From positions 3,914-67,913 of the IMG/VR virus record IMGVR_UViG_3300046648_000141: a DNA stretch of 64,000 bases; one strand, 5' to 3'. The translations under genes and the position numbers were made by a program. Under the pieces are notes generated by a model. It was not told the DNA's origin. It was given only the letters and a program-made list of their open reading frames with translations, and ran no database searches. Below are positions 37,790 through 46,198 of the stretch, in pieces (positions within the stretch are counted from its first letter, which is position 1; the number at the start of each line of letters is the position of its first letter). Origin of the DNA: a virus.

Positions 37790-37818
37790 GCCCCGCCCTC
37801 ACCGGCGGGGCTTTTTTT
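37790..37818 (+). terminator. Rho-independent terminator
   Basis: GCCCCGCC-CTCACC-GGCGGGGC-TTTTTTT. Confidence 0.8.
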
Positions 37819-37851
37819 ATGCCTTGGCGCGGCCTCGCTAGCCAGTATGCG

Positions 37852-37888
37852 CTTGCAATAAATCGCTTTTTGGCCTAAATTTAGGACA
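37852..37888 (+). promoter_or_regulatory. RpoD-like promoter with near-palindromic operator
   Basis: CTTGCA-N17-CTAAAT; TGGCCTAA-AT-TTAGGACA. Confidence 0.6.
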
Positions 37889-37934
37889 TAGACGGAAGGG
37901 GATGGCCCCGCCGCAAAACAGGGAGAAGACCCTA

Positions 37935-38156
37935 ATGACCGACATGCTTTCTCAGGAAGAATTTGCCACTCTGGACGATACCGCCTTCTGCAACTGGTGG
38001 CAGGCTTGGTACGCCCAGAAGCTGGACGGACCTAACCCTTGCTCTACGGAAGAACTCGCCGCCCATACCGCAACTGTCCGGGAAGTGTTCCGGCAACGGT
38101 GGGGGGCCAAGGGGGGCGACTACATGCTCTTCCGGCTCGTCACCATGTTTAGCTGA
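37935..38156 (+). CDS. small Trp-rich protein (moron), paralogue of 345-518
   Basis: own promoter and terminator; SQEEF..D.AFC.WW..W.A. Confidence 0.7.
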   Translation: MTDMLSQEEFATLDDTAFCNWWQAWYAQKLDGPNPCSTEELAAHTATVREVFRQRWGAKGGDYMLFRLVTMFS

Positions 38157-38171
38157 GAACGGCAGGAAGCC

Positions 38172-38203
38172 GCCCCCGCCCCTCACCGGGTGGGGGCTTT
38201 TTT
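38172..38203 (+). terminator. Rho-independent terminator
   Basis: GCCCCCGCCC-CTCACC-GGGTGGGGGC-TTTTTT. Confidence 0.8.
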
Positions 38204-38207
38204 GTTT

Positions 38208-38380
38208 TTGGAAACTAAAACCTTTGGAAACCCTTGGAAACAAAGCATGAAGGTTTTCCAAAAATAATCGTTATTTTACGGTTACTTGCACCGGCCCTCC
38301 GGGCCTACCAATCTTCTTGTTTTTATTGAGGTTTTTACCGGGTTTTCCAAATTGATTTGGAAAACCTTTTTGGAAAACCT
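38208..38380. other. attP: tRNA-3'-end-like core flanked by arm repeats
   Basis: core CCCTCCGGGCCTACCA at 38295-38310; seven TTGGAAA(A)C copies in both orientations; AT-rich; next to int. Confidence 0.8.
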
Positions 38381-38387
38381 TCCGGGC

Positions 38388-38418
38388 AAAAAAAGGGGCG
38401 GCCTAGCCGCCCCGTTTT
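38388..38418 (-). terminator. terminator of int
   Basis: GGGGCGG/CCGCCCC hairpin with A7 on the plus strand. Confidence 0.7.
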
Positions 38419-39629
38419 CACTCTCCGATGATTCGCAATCGCGGCGGTTTGCGTTGTGCTCCGAATCGTTCCTCCAAGAGCTTTGCGGCGGCGGTGGTGG
38501 TTTTCATTTTATCCAGACCCTTCGCATAGAGAACCACTTGCTGCATGGTCGTGTGACCAAGCATATCCTTCTGCATCTGGAACGAAGCGCCGCTGACGGC
38601 AACCATCTGGGCGTAGGATTTCCGCAAACCATGCAGGGTATAGCCGGCCGGGATGTCGGCTTGCTTGCACCAATGCGCCATCATGCCGGTCAGGCTCTTT
38701 TCCGAGAACGGCTTACCATAGGCCGTCTTGAGAACCGTGCCCTCATCCCGCGTGAGCGGCTCCAGCGCATCGGCTAGCATCGTCGTCAGCGGCCGGAACT
38801 GTTCCATGTCCTCGTCATTCTGGACGCGCTTCCGCTGCTCAAAATAAAAGCCGGTCACCAGCTCCCCGTCGATCTCGACGGTAATGAGCTGGGGCCAGCT
38901 CAGGTGCGCGATGTCTCCGCGCCGGTTGCCCAACCATTTTGCGAGGGCGTAGCAGGTGCGCGCCGCCGTCCCGATCGCATGTCTTGCTTCAAATTTTAGT
39001 TGGATTGGTTCCGGCCATGATTTCCAGCCGACATAACCGCCGTTCTTGCCGGCCCCACGCTTCCATTTGACAAGCTCGGTCGGATCGTCGTCGCGCATCT
39101 TCTTTCGCCGGGCGATGTAGAAAATTTTCCGCAGCATTACTTTCATGTGCCACGGCTTCGATGGTGCGAGTGCCGCCCAGCGGTCCCGGAGCTTTTCAAG
39201 ATGTTCAAAGGTCATTTGGCTGACCGGAACGTCTCCCCATTTCAGCGGCTTATTGGGATTGATGGGCATGCCCAAAAATTCCTTCGCCATTCGCTCATTC
39301 TTGCTCTGGCTTTGCGCGTCCAGGTCCTTCCACTCCGCCGTCGCAAGAACCAGCTTCCACGCGTGCCGGAAGGTCTGCGGCAACGACGCGGTGGGTATCT
39401 CAATCACATCAGCTTTCGCCACCGCCGGCCGGGCCTGAACGATCGCCTCATAGGCGTCATCAAATGCGCCAGTGTACGGTTCGAGGCCCATCGCGATCAG
39501 TTGCGGCTTGAGACCGGTTTTGCGCACCCGGTAACGGGTTTTCCCGTGCCGATCCTCCCAAACGCCAATTCCCGGATACTTCGCCTTGAGCGCGGCGGGC
39601 GTTTTCCCTTTGGCCTTTTGCTTAGACAT
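38418..39629 (-). CDS. int: tyrosine integrase
   Basis: GNRRGD, LHGLRK, LGH, Y catalytic signature; N-terminal DRHGK.RYR arm-binding domain. Confidence 0.93.
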   Translation of the reverse strand: MSKQKAKGKTPAALKAKYPGIGVWEDRHGKTRYRVRKTGLKPQLIAMGLEPYTGAFDDAYEAIVQARPAVAKADVIEIPTASLPQTFRHAWKLVLATAEWKDLDAQSQSKNERMAKEFLGMPINPNKPLKWGDVPVSQMTFEHLEKLRDRWAALAPSKPWHMKVMLRKIFYIARRKKMRDDDPTELVKWKRGAGKNGGYVGWKSWPEPIQLKFEARHAIGTAARTCYALAKWLGNRRGDIAHLSWPQLITVEIDGELVTGFYFEQRKRVQNDEDMEQFRPLTTMLADALEPLTRDEGTVLKTAYGKPFSEKSLTGMMAHWCKQADIPAGYTLHGLRKSYAQMVAVSGASFQMQKDMLGHTTMQQVVLYAKGLDKMKTTTAAAKLLEERFGAQRKPPRLRIIGE

Positions 39630-39819
39630 TGGCGGAGCCCTTCTTTGCGTCCATAACGATCTTCAGCATGAGGGGATAGGAGAAGCCGCGCCCAGCCTCT
39701 ATTCCTTCATAGGTGCGCCACGGGATGCCGATGAGCGCCGCCGCTTCCTTCATGGTCAGGTCCCCGCGCCATGTTCGCAGGGCCTTTGCAAGTTCTTCCT
39801 TCTCTGATGGTGTTTGCAT
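39622..39819 (-). CDS. XRE-family HTH protein
   Basis: LRTWRG.LT.KEAA.LIGIP.RTYEGIE.GR. Confidence 0.85.
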   Translation of the reverse strand: MQTPSEKEELAKALRTWRGDLTMKEAAALIGIPWRTYEGIEAGRGFSYPLMLKIVMDAKKGSANV

Positions 39820-39890
39820 TGCATTGCCTCCCCTTTCGGTAAAGAGACAATACCGCACGGTGCGGAATTACGCAATATGCGGGGTGGCGT

Positions 39891-40154
39891 TCAGTCATCC
39901 CTAAGTGACTCCTCCAGCGCCTTTTGAATGTCCGTTTTCACTTCCTGATGCGGCAGTGTCGAAAAGGCCATGTCGATCTCGACGCGATCCCAAACCGTCC
40001 GCATATCCACTTGCCGAGGCTTCGGCATCCGCCGATCGCGGACCATTTCATCAAATTTGCCGGTGCTCACTCCGACATACCGTGCCGCTTCCTCGCGGCT
40101 GAGACCGCGCGGTGGGTAGCTTAATGGATCGGGTTTCAAAGTCATTGCCGTCAT
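39891..40154 (-). CDS. excisionase / AlpA-like DNA-binding protein
   Basis: PRGLSREEAARYVGVS..FD.MV....MP.P....WD. Confidence 0.8.
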   Translation of the reverse strand: MTAMTLKPDPLSYPPRGLSREEAARYVGVSTGKFDEMVRDRRMPKPRQVDMRTVWDRVEIDMAFSTLPHQEVKTDIQKALEESLRDD

Positions 40155-40179
40155 CCCGGTTACACCTGAACTGCATTTC

Positions 40180-40441
40180 ACCTTGCTTCGCCGTGCCCTG
40201 CTTTGCCCCGCCCCGCCCAGCCGTGCCTAACCGTGCCACGTCATCGCCGTTCGAAAATTCACAAACCTCAATCCTTGCTTTGCCTAGCCCTGCCCCGCCT
40301 TGCCCGGCGCTGCCAGGCCCCGCGTCGCCCAGCCGAGCCTAGCCTTGCCTCGCCTTGCCCGGCCGTTAGAAATTCTCAAACTTCAATCCTTGCTTCGCCG
40401 TGCCGGGCCTTTCCCGGCCTGACCTTGCCGTGCCGTGCCAG
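40180..40441 (-). repeat. GGY-NN pentamer array A (3 segments, 2 conserved separators); candidate ncRNA
   Basis: plus strand (RCC-NN)n with near-strict 5-nt period; separators AAATTC(A/T)CAAAC(C/T)TCAATCCTTGC 115 nt apart. Confidence 0.85.
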
Positions 40442-40448
40442 GGGAATC

Positions 40449-40712
40449 TCACTCGCGGCTTTGGAGCACATCAGCCACGAAGGCGGCGCACTCGTCGTGC
40501 AGCATGTCCAAGGCGATCTGAATAGGGTGGCCCAGCTCTTCCGTCATCGTCAGCAAACGCTGAGCGGCGACGCATCCGGAATAAAAACTGCGACGGATTT
40601 CCTGGTACTGGACGGAGTCGGCCGCCAGCCCGTCGTCGTAACACGCCTTGATGTAGCTCTGGTAAAGCTGCTCAATGAAGTGCGTCCGCTCCGGATTTTC
40701 ATTGTCGTTCAT
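40449..40712 (-). CDS. hypothetical protein
   Basis: VQ..E.RR.FY.G motif; coupled ORF. Confidence 0.6.
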   Translation of the reverse strand: MNDNENPERTHFIEQLYQSYIKACYDDGLAADSVQYQEIRRSFYSGCVAAQRLLTMTEELGHPIQIALDMLHDECAAFVADVLQSRE

Positions 40713-41287
40713 GCCGGTGTCCTCCCGATCCGGTCTGCCAGGACCGCGCGTTCGATCTCAGTCAAATCCCAGGCGCCGCAGACCAGCCACGTGTCGCCAC
40801 GGCCTATCCTCCGGAGCAACATCGGGTCCGGGGGAATGTCTTTCCAGTTGGCCTCAAACAGGATGTGATAGTTCGCCAGACCGCGCGCCGGGCGGATATC
40901 CGGCGGGATATGTGGAACCATCGCTTCGGCGGCTCGATGGCGGGCCGGGAAAGTGCCATCCGGGAATTCGATGTAGCGGCTCTTGGCGGTATTGCCGGTG
41001 ATCCATTTCAGGTCGGACGCCATGCGGGCGGAGCCGTCGTAGCGGATGGTCAGATGGCAGCGGGCGGCGTCGGCGCGGGCGATGCCGAGGAGCGGCAGAC
41101 CGAACTCATTGACGCCGGCCGCCTTGATTGAAGCGAGCGCCCGAACGACCTTCCGGCCTTTCGAGATGAGATAGTAAATCCGTTCAATCTCCTGATCGAT
41201 CGGCGTGGAATGGGCGCGATGCTCCCGGTACTTCCGGTACAGTCGGGCCGCCTCGCCAACATCGAGGTCAAGCGTCTGGGTCTCCAT
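40709..41287 (-). CDS. hypothetical phage protein
   Basis: VP.IPP..RP, YHILFEA.W..PPDP.LL, AWDLT..ER. Confidence 0.7.
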   Translation of the reverse strand: METQTLDLDVGEAARLYRKYREHRAHSTPIDQEIERIYYLISKGRKVVRALASIKAAGVNEFGLPLLGIARADAARCHLTIRYDGSARMASDLKWITGNTAKSRYIEFPDGTFPARHRAAEAMVPHIPPDIRPARGLANYHILFEANWKDIPPDPMLLRRIGRGDTWLVCGAWDLTEIERAVLADRIGRTPA

Positions 41288-42056
41288 TGCCTTTCTCCCT
41301 TTTGCCAGAGGCGAGCGCGTCGAGATAACGCCGGGCCTCTGCTAACTTCATTGTTCCATCGGCAACCTTGCCGGCGATCTCGCCGCACTTCCGGACGAAG
41401 GGCTCATCGTCCGGCAGCGTCTTCGTCCACGCGCTTGCCAGCCATTTCAGTCCGTCATGCCGGGCTTCGACGGTCAGGCTTTCATCGGTCGCATAATGCA
41501 GGAATTTGGTGACCGCCTCCGGCTTGAGCGAAGGCGGTTCAGGTGATCGCGGCAGCGACGCCGGTCTATGGGCCGTTGCACCGGCGCCGCTGCCTTCATC
41601 GACGCCGCTGGAGGCCGGCGCCGACGGTTCCTGATCTTTTCCCGGATCAGCCGATTCCTTGGAAAGCGTCTCGGGATCAACGCCGGTCATGCGATGGAGG
41701 AGCAACATCGCCCCTTCATAAAATTCCTCAAACTCCGGCTCTTCCAGATCGGTCAGGCTGCGAGGATAGACAACCTGAGCGCCGCCGACCGTCCGGCCGT
41801 CCTCGATGACGCCGAGGAGGCGCTTGAGTTCATTGTTCAAACCATCGACCGTGCGAAACTTGGTGGGGCAATCCTTCACCACGCGGGCGAGGATCGCGAA
41901 ATACTTCCGGCGCTTCCAGGTCTGATCGGCCGCCGGCTTGAGCGTCATGATCGTACCATTGCGGAAGCTGTCCAGGCGCTCCTCGGTAAACGGGTCGGCC
42001 GGCGTCAATTTGCCGGGACCGACGACCATGCGCAGCGGGGGAAATTCGCTCTTCAT
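41268..42056 (-). CDS. hypothetical protein (DUF1367/NinB-like N-terminus)
   Basis: RKYFAIL..PRSL..EF..FY; recombination-module position. Confidence 0.5.
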   Translation of the reverse strand: MKSEFPPLRMVVGPGKLTPADPFTEERLDSFRNGTIMTLKPAADQTWKRRKYFAILARVVKDCPTKFRTVDGLNNELKRLLGVIEDGRTVGGAQVVYPRSLTDLEEPEFEEFYEGAMLLLHRMTGVDPETLSKESADPGKDQEPSAPASSGVDEGSGAGATAHRPASLPRSPEPPSLKPEAVTKFLHYATDESLTVEARHDGLKWLASAWTKTLPDDEPFVRKCGEIAGKVADGTMKLAEARRYLDALASGKREKGNGDPDA

Positions 42057-42697
42057 GCCGGCACCTTCACAGCGAGTAGTTTCTCGAAATCATGAAACAT
42101 CTTCATCAGCTCCCTGATCCCGGCGAGGCCATCACTCCGGGCCGCCTCCGCAAGCAGAGGGAAACCGGAGTTGATCGAAGCATCAACCTCGGCGCGGGTC
42201 GCCCGGCGTGCCTTGGCGTAAAACTCAATCTCTGTCGGATCACCGATGCGGAAGAGCACGCCGTTATGAACGTCCATCCGATCATAGGAGTCCGTGACCC
42301 AGATTGCGCAGACGCCCGGATTGCGATCGATCATCTGACCGGCGACATGCCTGTCCTTCGGCAGATCGCGCTCATTGCGCTTCGCCATCGGCTGCGTGAG
42401 GAACGGGCAATTCTTCGCCGCGAACCGGGCGCACGTGTAGTGGCTCGGCGGTTCAGACGACACCCGGTTGATGCAACACATGGGGCCGATCACGAAAGCC
42501 TTGTGTCGGCCCATCGTGTCACCGCATAGCCAGCAGAGCTTGCGGCGGTAACAGTCCGATACCCAGCCGGGCTTGACCAGACGGAAGTCCGGGATGCCGT
42601 CACGGGTGTGAACGAACCTCGGGACAGGGAACCCGCGCGCATCGCGGGGTAGTCGTTCGATGCGCGCGGGCATGTCCGTGAACAGACGGTCAATCAT
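42053..42697 (-). CDS. Cys/His-rich hypothetical protein
   Basis: RGFPVP, CWLCG, EPP.H..CA......CPFL. Confidence 0.65.
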   Translation of the reverse strand: MIDRLFTDMPARIERLPRDARGFPVPRFVHTRDGIPDFRLVKPGWVSDCYRRKLCWLCGDTMGRHKAFVIGPMCCINRVSSEPPSHYTCARFAAKNCPFLTQPMAKRNERDLPKDRHVAGQMIDRNPGVCAIWVTDSYDRMDVHNGVLFRIGDPTEIEFYAKARRATRAEVDASINSGFPLLAEAARSDGLAGIRELMKMFHDFEKLLAVKVPA

Positions 42698-42966
42698 GCC
42701 AGGACCTCTTTTGCTCGCTGGAGGGCGGCGCCGAATGTCCACGGGCCTTTCCTGGCGATTTCATTCCAGCCGTCCGGCAGGACCGACACGGACGAGCGGC
42801 CCGGCAAGACGGCCACCTTGCTGTCAACCGCCGCGTCTTTGACGCCGCGAAATTGCAGATACTGCGCAATCAGGCAGCATGAACCGTCCATGTAGTCGTA
42901 GCGCTTGGCGGGGTCCTTCCTGCCGAGAAATTCAATCAGGCTTCTATTGTCGAAGATCGGTCTCAT
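42694..42966 (-). CDS. hypothetical protein
   Basis: Y.Y.D..C.IAQY..PWTFGAAL.RA. Confidence 0.6.
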   Translation of the reverse strand: MRPIFDNRSLIEFLGRKDPAKRYDYMDGSCCLIAQYLQFRGVKDAAVDSKVAVLPGRSSVSVLPDGWNEIARKGPWTFGAALQRAKEVLA

Positions 42967-42992
42967 TGCACGTCCTCCTTCTGGGGTTGGGG

Positions 42993-43931
42993 TCATTCCT
43001 GGACTGCGACACCGAGCGCCCGAAGGCGCCGGTTCTTGATATTCAGGCAAAGCTTCTGATCATCCTCGGACGCCTGGAAGCGGGCCATAGGGTCCATTTC
43101 GGTCCAGATTTCTTCGACCGTCTCCGCGTCCGGCGCCTCAGTGAGACGGTCACGCAGCTGATCGAAGAAGGACCAGTCAACATCCGGATCGGTCTCAGCA
43201 CCGGATGTTTCCTCGGCGCCGGCCACGGACGTTTCCTCAACCACACCGTCGATCATCGGGCCTTCGTCTTGTTCCGCCTCCTCGGCGGGCGTTTCCGTTC
43301 CGGCGGGCAATGCATCCGGCCGTGGCGGGCGCGGCGCCTGACGGACATCTGGGAGCGGCGTGAGCCGGTTCTCCGCGACTCGCTGCCCTTCCTCTTCATC
43401 GAAGATGCCGGCAAAGCCGAAAGCATAGCGTGCGCACTGGATCAGCGACTTGTGCCGGAGCATCCGGTGGGCCATCTTCCACGGGTCAGTATCGCGCCAA
43501 CACTCGGACAGATATTCGGTGACCGCCGTGGGGTGGGTCCGGTCCTTGCGATAGATCGTGCACTCGCACGAATACAGCTTGCCGTTATCCTCATGCACCT
43601 CATCGAATTTGAAGCCGTCGCACGCCGGGTGCGAGTTGACGAGGTTTACCCATCCGTCGATCGAGACGATCGGGACAACGCCGCCGCCGCGTTTCGGATA
43701 GGCGAAGATTTCGCGGGTGATCGGATTGAGTTTGTACTCCCGCGCGACCAGCAGGAAGGCGGCAAACTCTTCGCGGGTCAGCGGCCGGAACTGCTCCCCC
43801 TTCTTCGGTGCCGGCGAACATGTCGCCCGGACGGTTAGCTCAAACGCTTGTGGTTCCATGCCGAAGCGGGCGGCCATGTCGTGAAGGACCGAGCGCGGTT
43901 GGTCCTGTCTGGTTGCGATTGCGGTATTCAT
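42993..43931 (-). CDS. RecT/Bet-like single-strand annealing protein
   Basis: LNPITREIFAYP..GG.VPIVSIDGW, EYLSEC..PW....RMLRHK..IQCARYAFGF.GI.D. Confidence 0.9.
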   Translation of the reverse strand: MNTAIATRQDQPRSVLHDMAARFGMEPQAFELTVRATCSPAPKKGEQFRPLTREEFAAFLLVAREYKLNPITREIFAYPKRGGGVVPIVSIDGWVNLVNSHPACDGFKFDEVHEDNGKLYSCECTIYRKDRTHPTAVTEYLSECWRDTDPWKMAHRMLRHKSLIQCARYAFGFAGIFDEEEGQRVAENRLTPLPDVRQAPRPPRPDALPAGTETPAEEAEQDEGPMIDGVVEETSVAGAEETSGAETDPDVDWSFFDQLRDRLTEAPDAETVEEIWTEMDPMARFQASEDDQKLCLNIKNRRLRALGVAVQE

Positions 43932-43942
43932 TGCATTGCCTT

Positions 43943-44280
43943 TCTTTGCCTCACCGAGCCTAGCCTAGCGCCACCTAGCAACGCCTAGCCTCACTGTTCC
44001 ACGCCTAGCCTTGCCGTTCGAAGCCCCGCCCCGCCATGCCGTTGCCGGCCTTGCCCTGGGCAAAATTTTCAAACATCAATCCTTGCCTCGCTCGGCCGTG
44101 CTACGCCTTGCCCGGCTCAGCCTATCCTCGCAATGCCACGCCGTTCCGTGCCAAGCCTCGCCCATCACTGCCCTGCTGAGTTTCGAAATTCATAAAACTC
44201 AATCCTTGCCTTGCCTCGCTTCGCCGCACCGCGCCAAGCCGCGCCTTGCCTCACCATGCCCAGCCACGCCTTGCCCCGTT
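43943..44280 (-). repeat. GGY-NN pentamer array B (3 segments, 2 separators) directly downstream of RAMP-like gene; candidate ncRNA
   Basis: 5-nt period; separators ending TCAATCCTTGC at 44076 and 44199. Confidence 0.85.
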
Positions 44281-44288
44281 CGGGGTGT

Positions 44289-44897
44289 TTAAGCTGCCTG
44301 GGGCAGGCGAACCGGCTCCTCCCGCTCCTCTTCCCATTTCACGACGACGAAGCGGCCGAAGGGTCCTTTCGTCGCCGGCCGGAAGTCTCCCAGGCCGATG
44401 CGCTTGCCGGCGTCATCAATGATCTGACGCATCAGCTTTTGGCTCATGATTGAAATGTCGAGATCGAGCACGAAATCTAGCCGCCAATCATCGAACAACG
44501 GTCTATGGGACAGGATGCGTCCGCCGGTCGAAGGGATGCGGACGGGCCGCGTATCAACCCGCCAGGGCTGCTCATGGATGATCGGAATTGTCGCACCTTC
44601 GACATCGACGCAGGAGAAGAGCATGGATGATTTTTGCGTCGTCACTTGGCTCTTGCCAACCTTGTGGAAGCGTCCGCCTTCGACAAGGCAGCGCAGCAAG
44701 TTCGGCTGGGGAATGACCAGTTCACCCTCAAGCCCGTGATAGAGTTTTGAGGACGCGATCTCCAAAGGTGTCCCGCGATCCGTCGTTGCTATTGAGGAGC
44801 GAGTCCCGCTCGTCGCTGCCTCGGCCGCCTCATCCGTGAAGCGATTGCAGAGGAGTGGTGTGATGCCTTCAATGTTGACTTGGATTTTCACGTTCAT
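44289..44897 (-). CDS. Cas7/RAMP-like protein (no other cas genes)
   Basis: N-terminal I.G.TPLL strand, IP..NL..CL..GG, RP.F..W...F, C-terminal Gly-rich loop AG.RIGLGDFRP..GPFGRF.V. Confidence 0.7.
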   Translation of the reverse strand: MNVKIQVNIEGITPLLCNRFTDEAAEAATSGTRSSIATTDRGTPLEIASSKLYHGLEGELVIPQPNLLRCLVEGGRFHKVGKSQVTTQKSSMLFSCVDVEGATIPIIHEQPWRVDTRPVRIPSTGGRILSHRPLFDDWRLDFVLDLDISIMSQKLMRQIIDDAGKRIGLGDFRPATKGPFGRFVVVKWEEEREEPVRLPQAA

Positions 44898-44927
44898 TCT
44901 CCGTTTTGGTTGCCGTGCTTTCAGTTT

Positions 44928-45003
44928 TCCTTGCTTTGCCTCGCCTTGCCGAGCCCTACCTCGCCAGTCCCAGCGTCGCCGAACCCCGCCCTGCCACGCC
45001 TCG
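44928..45003 (-). repeat. GGY-NN pentamer tract C upstream of RAMP-like gene
   Basis: about 15 pentamers (plus strand tcc-tt gct-tt gcc-tc gcc-tt gcc-ga ...). Confidence 0.8.
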
Positions 45004-45004
45004 T

Positions 45005-45226
45005 TTATCGTCTCGGCGGCGGCGGCCTCTCTTCAGAGTGCCGCGTCGAAATCACCGGCCCGCGTTCTTTCCGGCCGGGATATGCTAGTGAGAAAGCCCA
45101 CATCATCGGGACCAGTAAGACCATCGCAGTGACGCACAAGGCTGCGGGCAGGGTGCCGGTTAGGTAGGCGGCGGTGATCAAGAGGCCGGCCGCCGTGGTG
45201 TATATCGTCCAGGCCAGCACCTTCAC
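45005..45226 (-). CDS. small membrane protein
   Basis: two hydrophobic segments. Confidence 0.45.
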   Translation of the reverse strand: MKVLAWTIYTTAAGLLITAAYLTGTLPAALCVTAMVLLVPMMWAFSLAYPGRKERGPVISTRHSEERPPPPRR

Positions 45227-46173
45227 GACCCGCGCTCCTTGGGCATTTGCCGGCCGGCGCGAAACTTCCTGGCCTTATCTATCCACCACGAAAAGCGGTT
45301 CTCACCGACCATTTTGATGGCGCCGCCGCCGACGACATACAAGCGATCCTCGCGGAAAGCCTCATAAGCCGAGATCGCAATCCGCAAGATGGCTGCGTGG
45401 TTATCGTGACCGACTGTCTTCCCGTCGCGGCCTAGTCGATATATCCGCTCCTGAAACGCCTGAACCGCATCCATCTCGCCTTCTATCTTGGTGCCTTTGC
45501 CGGTCGCGTAGGTTGACCAGAACGCTTTCGCATCGGTGCCGTGGCGGCGAAACGTCAGCAGGGCCGCCGCCATTACGGGAGAGATGAATTTGTGACGTGT
45601 GGGACCGCACTCATCGAGCAGTGTCAACTCGGGTAGCCAGTCGAACAGCATTTCATAAAAGCCCCGTCCGCGAATCTTGCCCTTGACGTTGCCGTAAAGC
45701 GTTTCCTGGGCGATCCGCATAGCGGCGCTGAACCGCCCGCTTTGCATCAGCTCGGATTGGAACCTGACGTTCTTCTCCTTCAGGCCGCCGAAAACCCGGT
45801 CGGCTGCATTCTCAACCGCGTCCTGGCTGTCGAACGTCATGTAGAGGTCTTTGGCGTCCTCCTCGGTCCGGCAATCCCACACGTCGGCATAGATCACGTC
45901 CGGTGCCGGAACCTCGCCGGCCGTCCACAGGAACGAGCGTGAGTGACCGTCAAGCTTCATCAGCGTCCCGTCCGGAAACCGGGCGATATTGACCTTCTGA
46001 TGGGAGGGGTGAAGCGTGCGCAGATGATAAGCCCGCCGCGCCCGGCTTTCGGTGTCGCGCTGCCGGGTGTTATCCGGGATAGCCGCGAACGATGCCTTAT
46101 CGAGAGTGACCACACCACCGTAGCGGACCCGCTCGTCCGGCGTGAAGCCCGTGTTGAACGTTTCGATTTTCAT
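45223..46173 (-). CDS. divergent ParB/Srx-like domain protein
   Basis: AGGAGG RBS; N.RQR..LDGHSR..FD. Confidence 0.55.
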   Translation of the reverse strand: MKIETFNTGFTPDERVRYGGVVTLDKASFAAIPDNTRQRDTESRARRAYHLRTLHPSHQKVNIARFPDGTLMKLDGHSRSFLWTAGEVPAPDVIYADVWDCRTEEDAKDLYMTFDSQDAVENAADRVFGGLKEKNVRFQSELMQSGRFSAAMRIAQETLYGNVKGKIRGRGFYEMLFDWLPELTLLDECGPTRHKFISPVMAAALLTFRRHGTDAKAFWSTYATGKGTKIEGEMDAVQAFQERIYRLGRDGKTVGHDNHAAILRIAISAYEAFREDRLYVVGGGAIKMVGENRFSWWIDKARKFRAGRQMPKERGS

Positions 46174-46198
46174 GCCGTCCTCCTGTTTCCCACGCATC

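Noticed and set aside
38295-38310. tRNA gene
   Set aside because: Only a 16-nt 3' end is present, with no TTC loop, anticodon arm or D arm; treated as att core
40051-40868. ORFs 40051-40239, 40112-40342 and 40203-40868 as proteins
   Set aside because: Their PCLA/ARLG-rich text is the translation of the pentamer repeats; no RBS, and they overlap real genes
40180-44280. Canonical CRISPR array
   Set aside because: Separators are degenerate, the intervening sequence is itself pentamer-periodic rather than unique spacers, and there is no cas1/cas2 or effector operon
44011-45167. ORFs 44011-44292, 44211-44453, 44836-45132 and 44880-45167
   Set aside because: Same repeat-derived artefact, antisense to the operon
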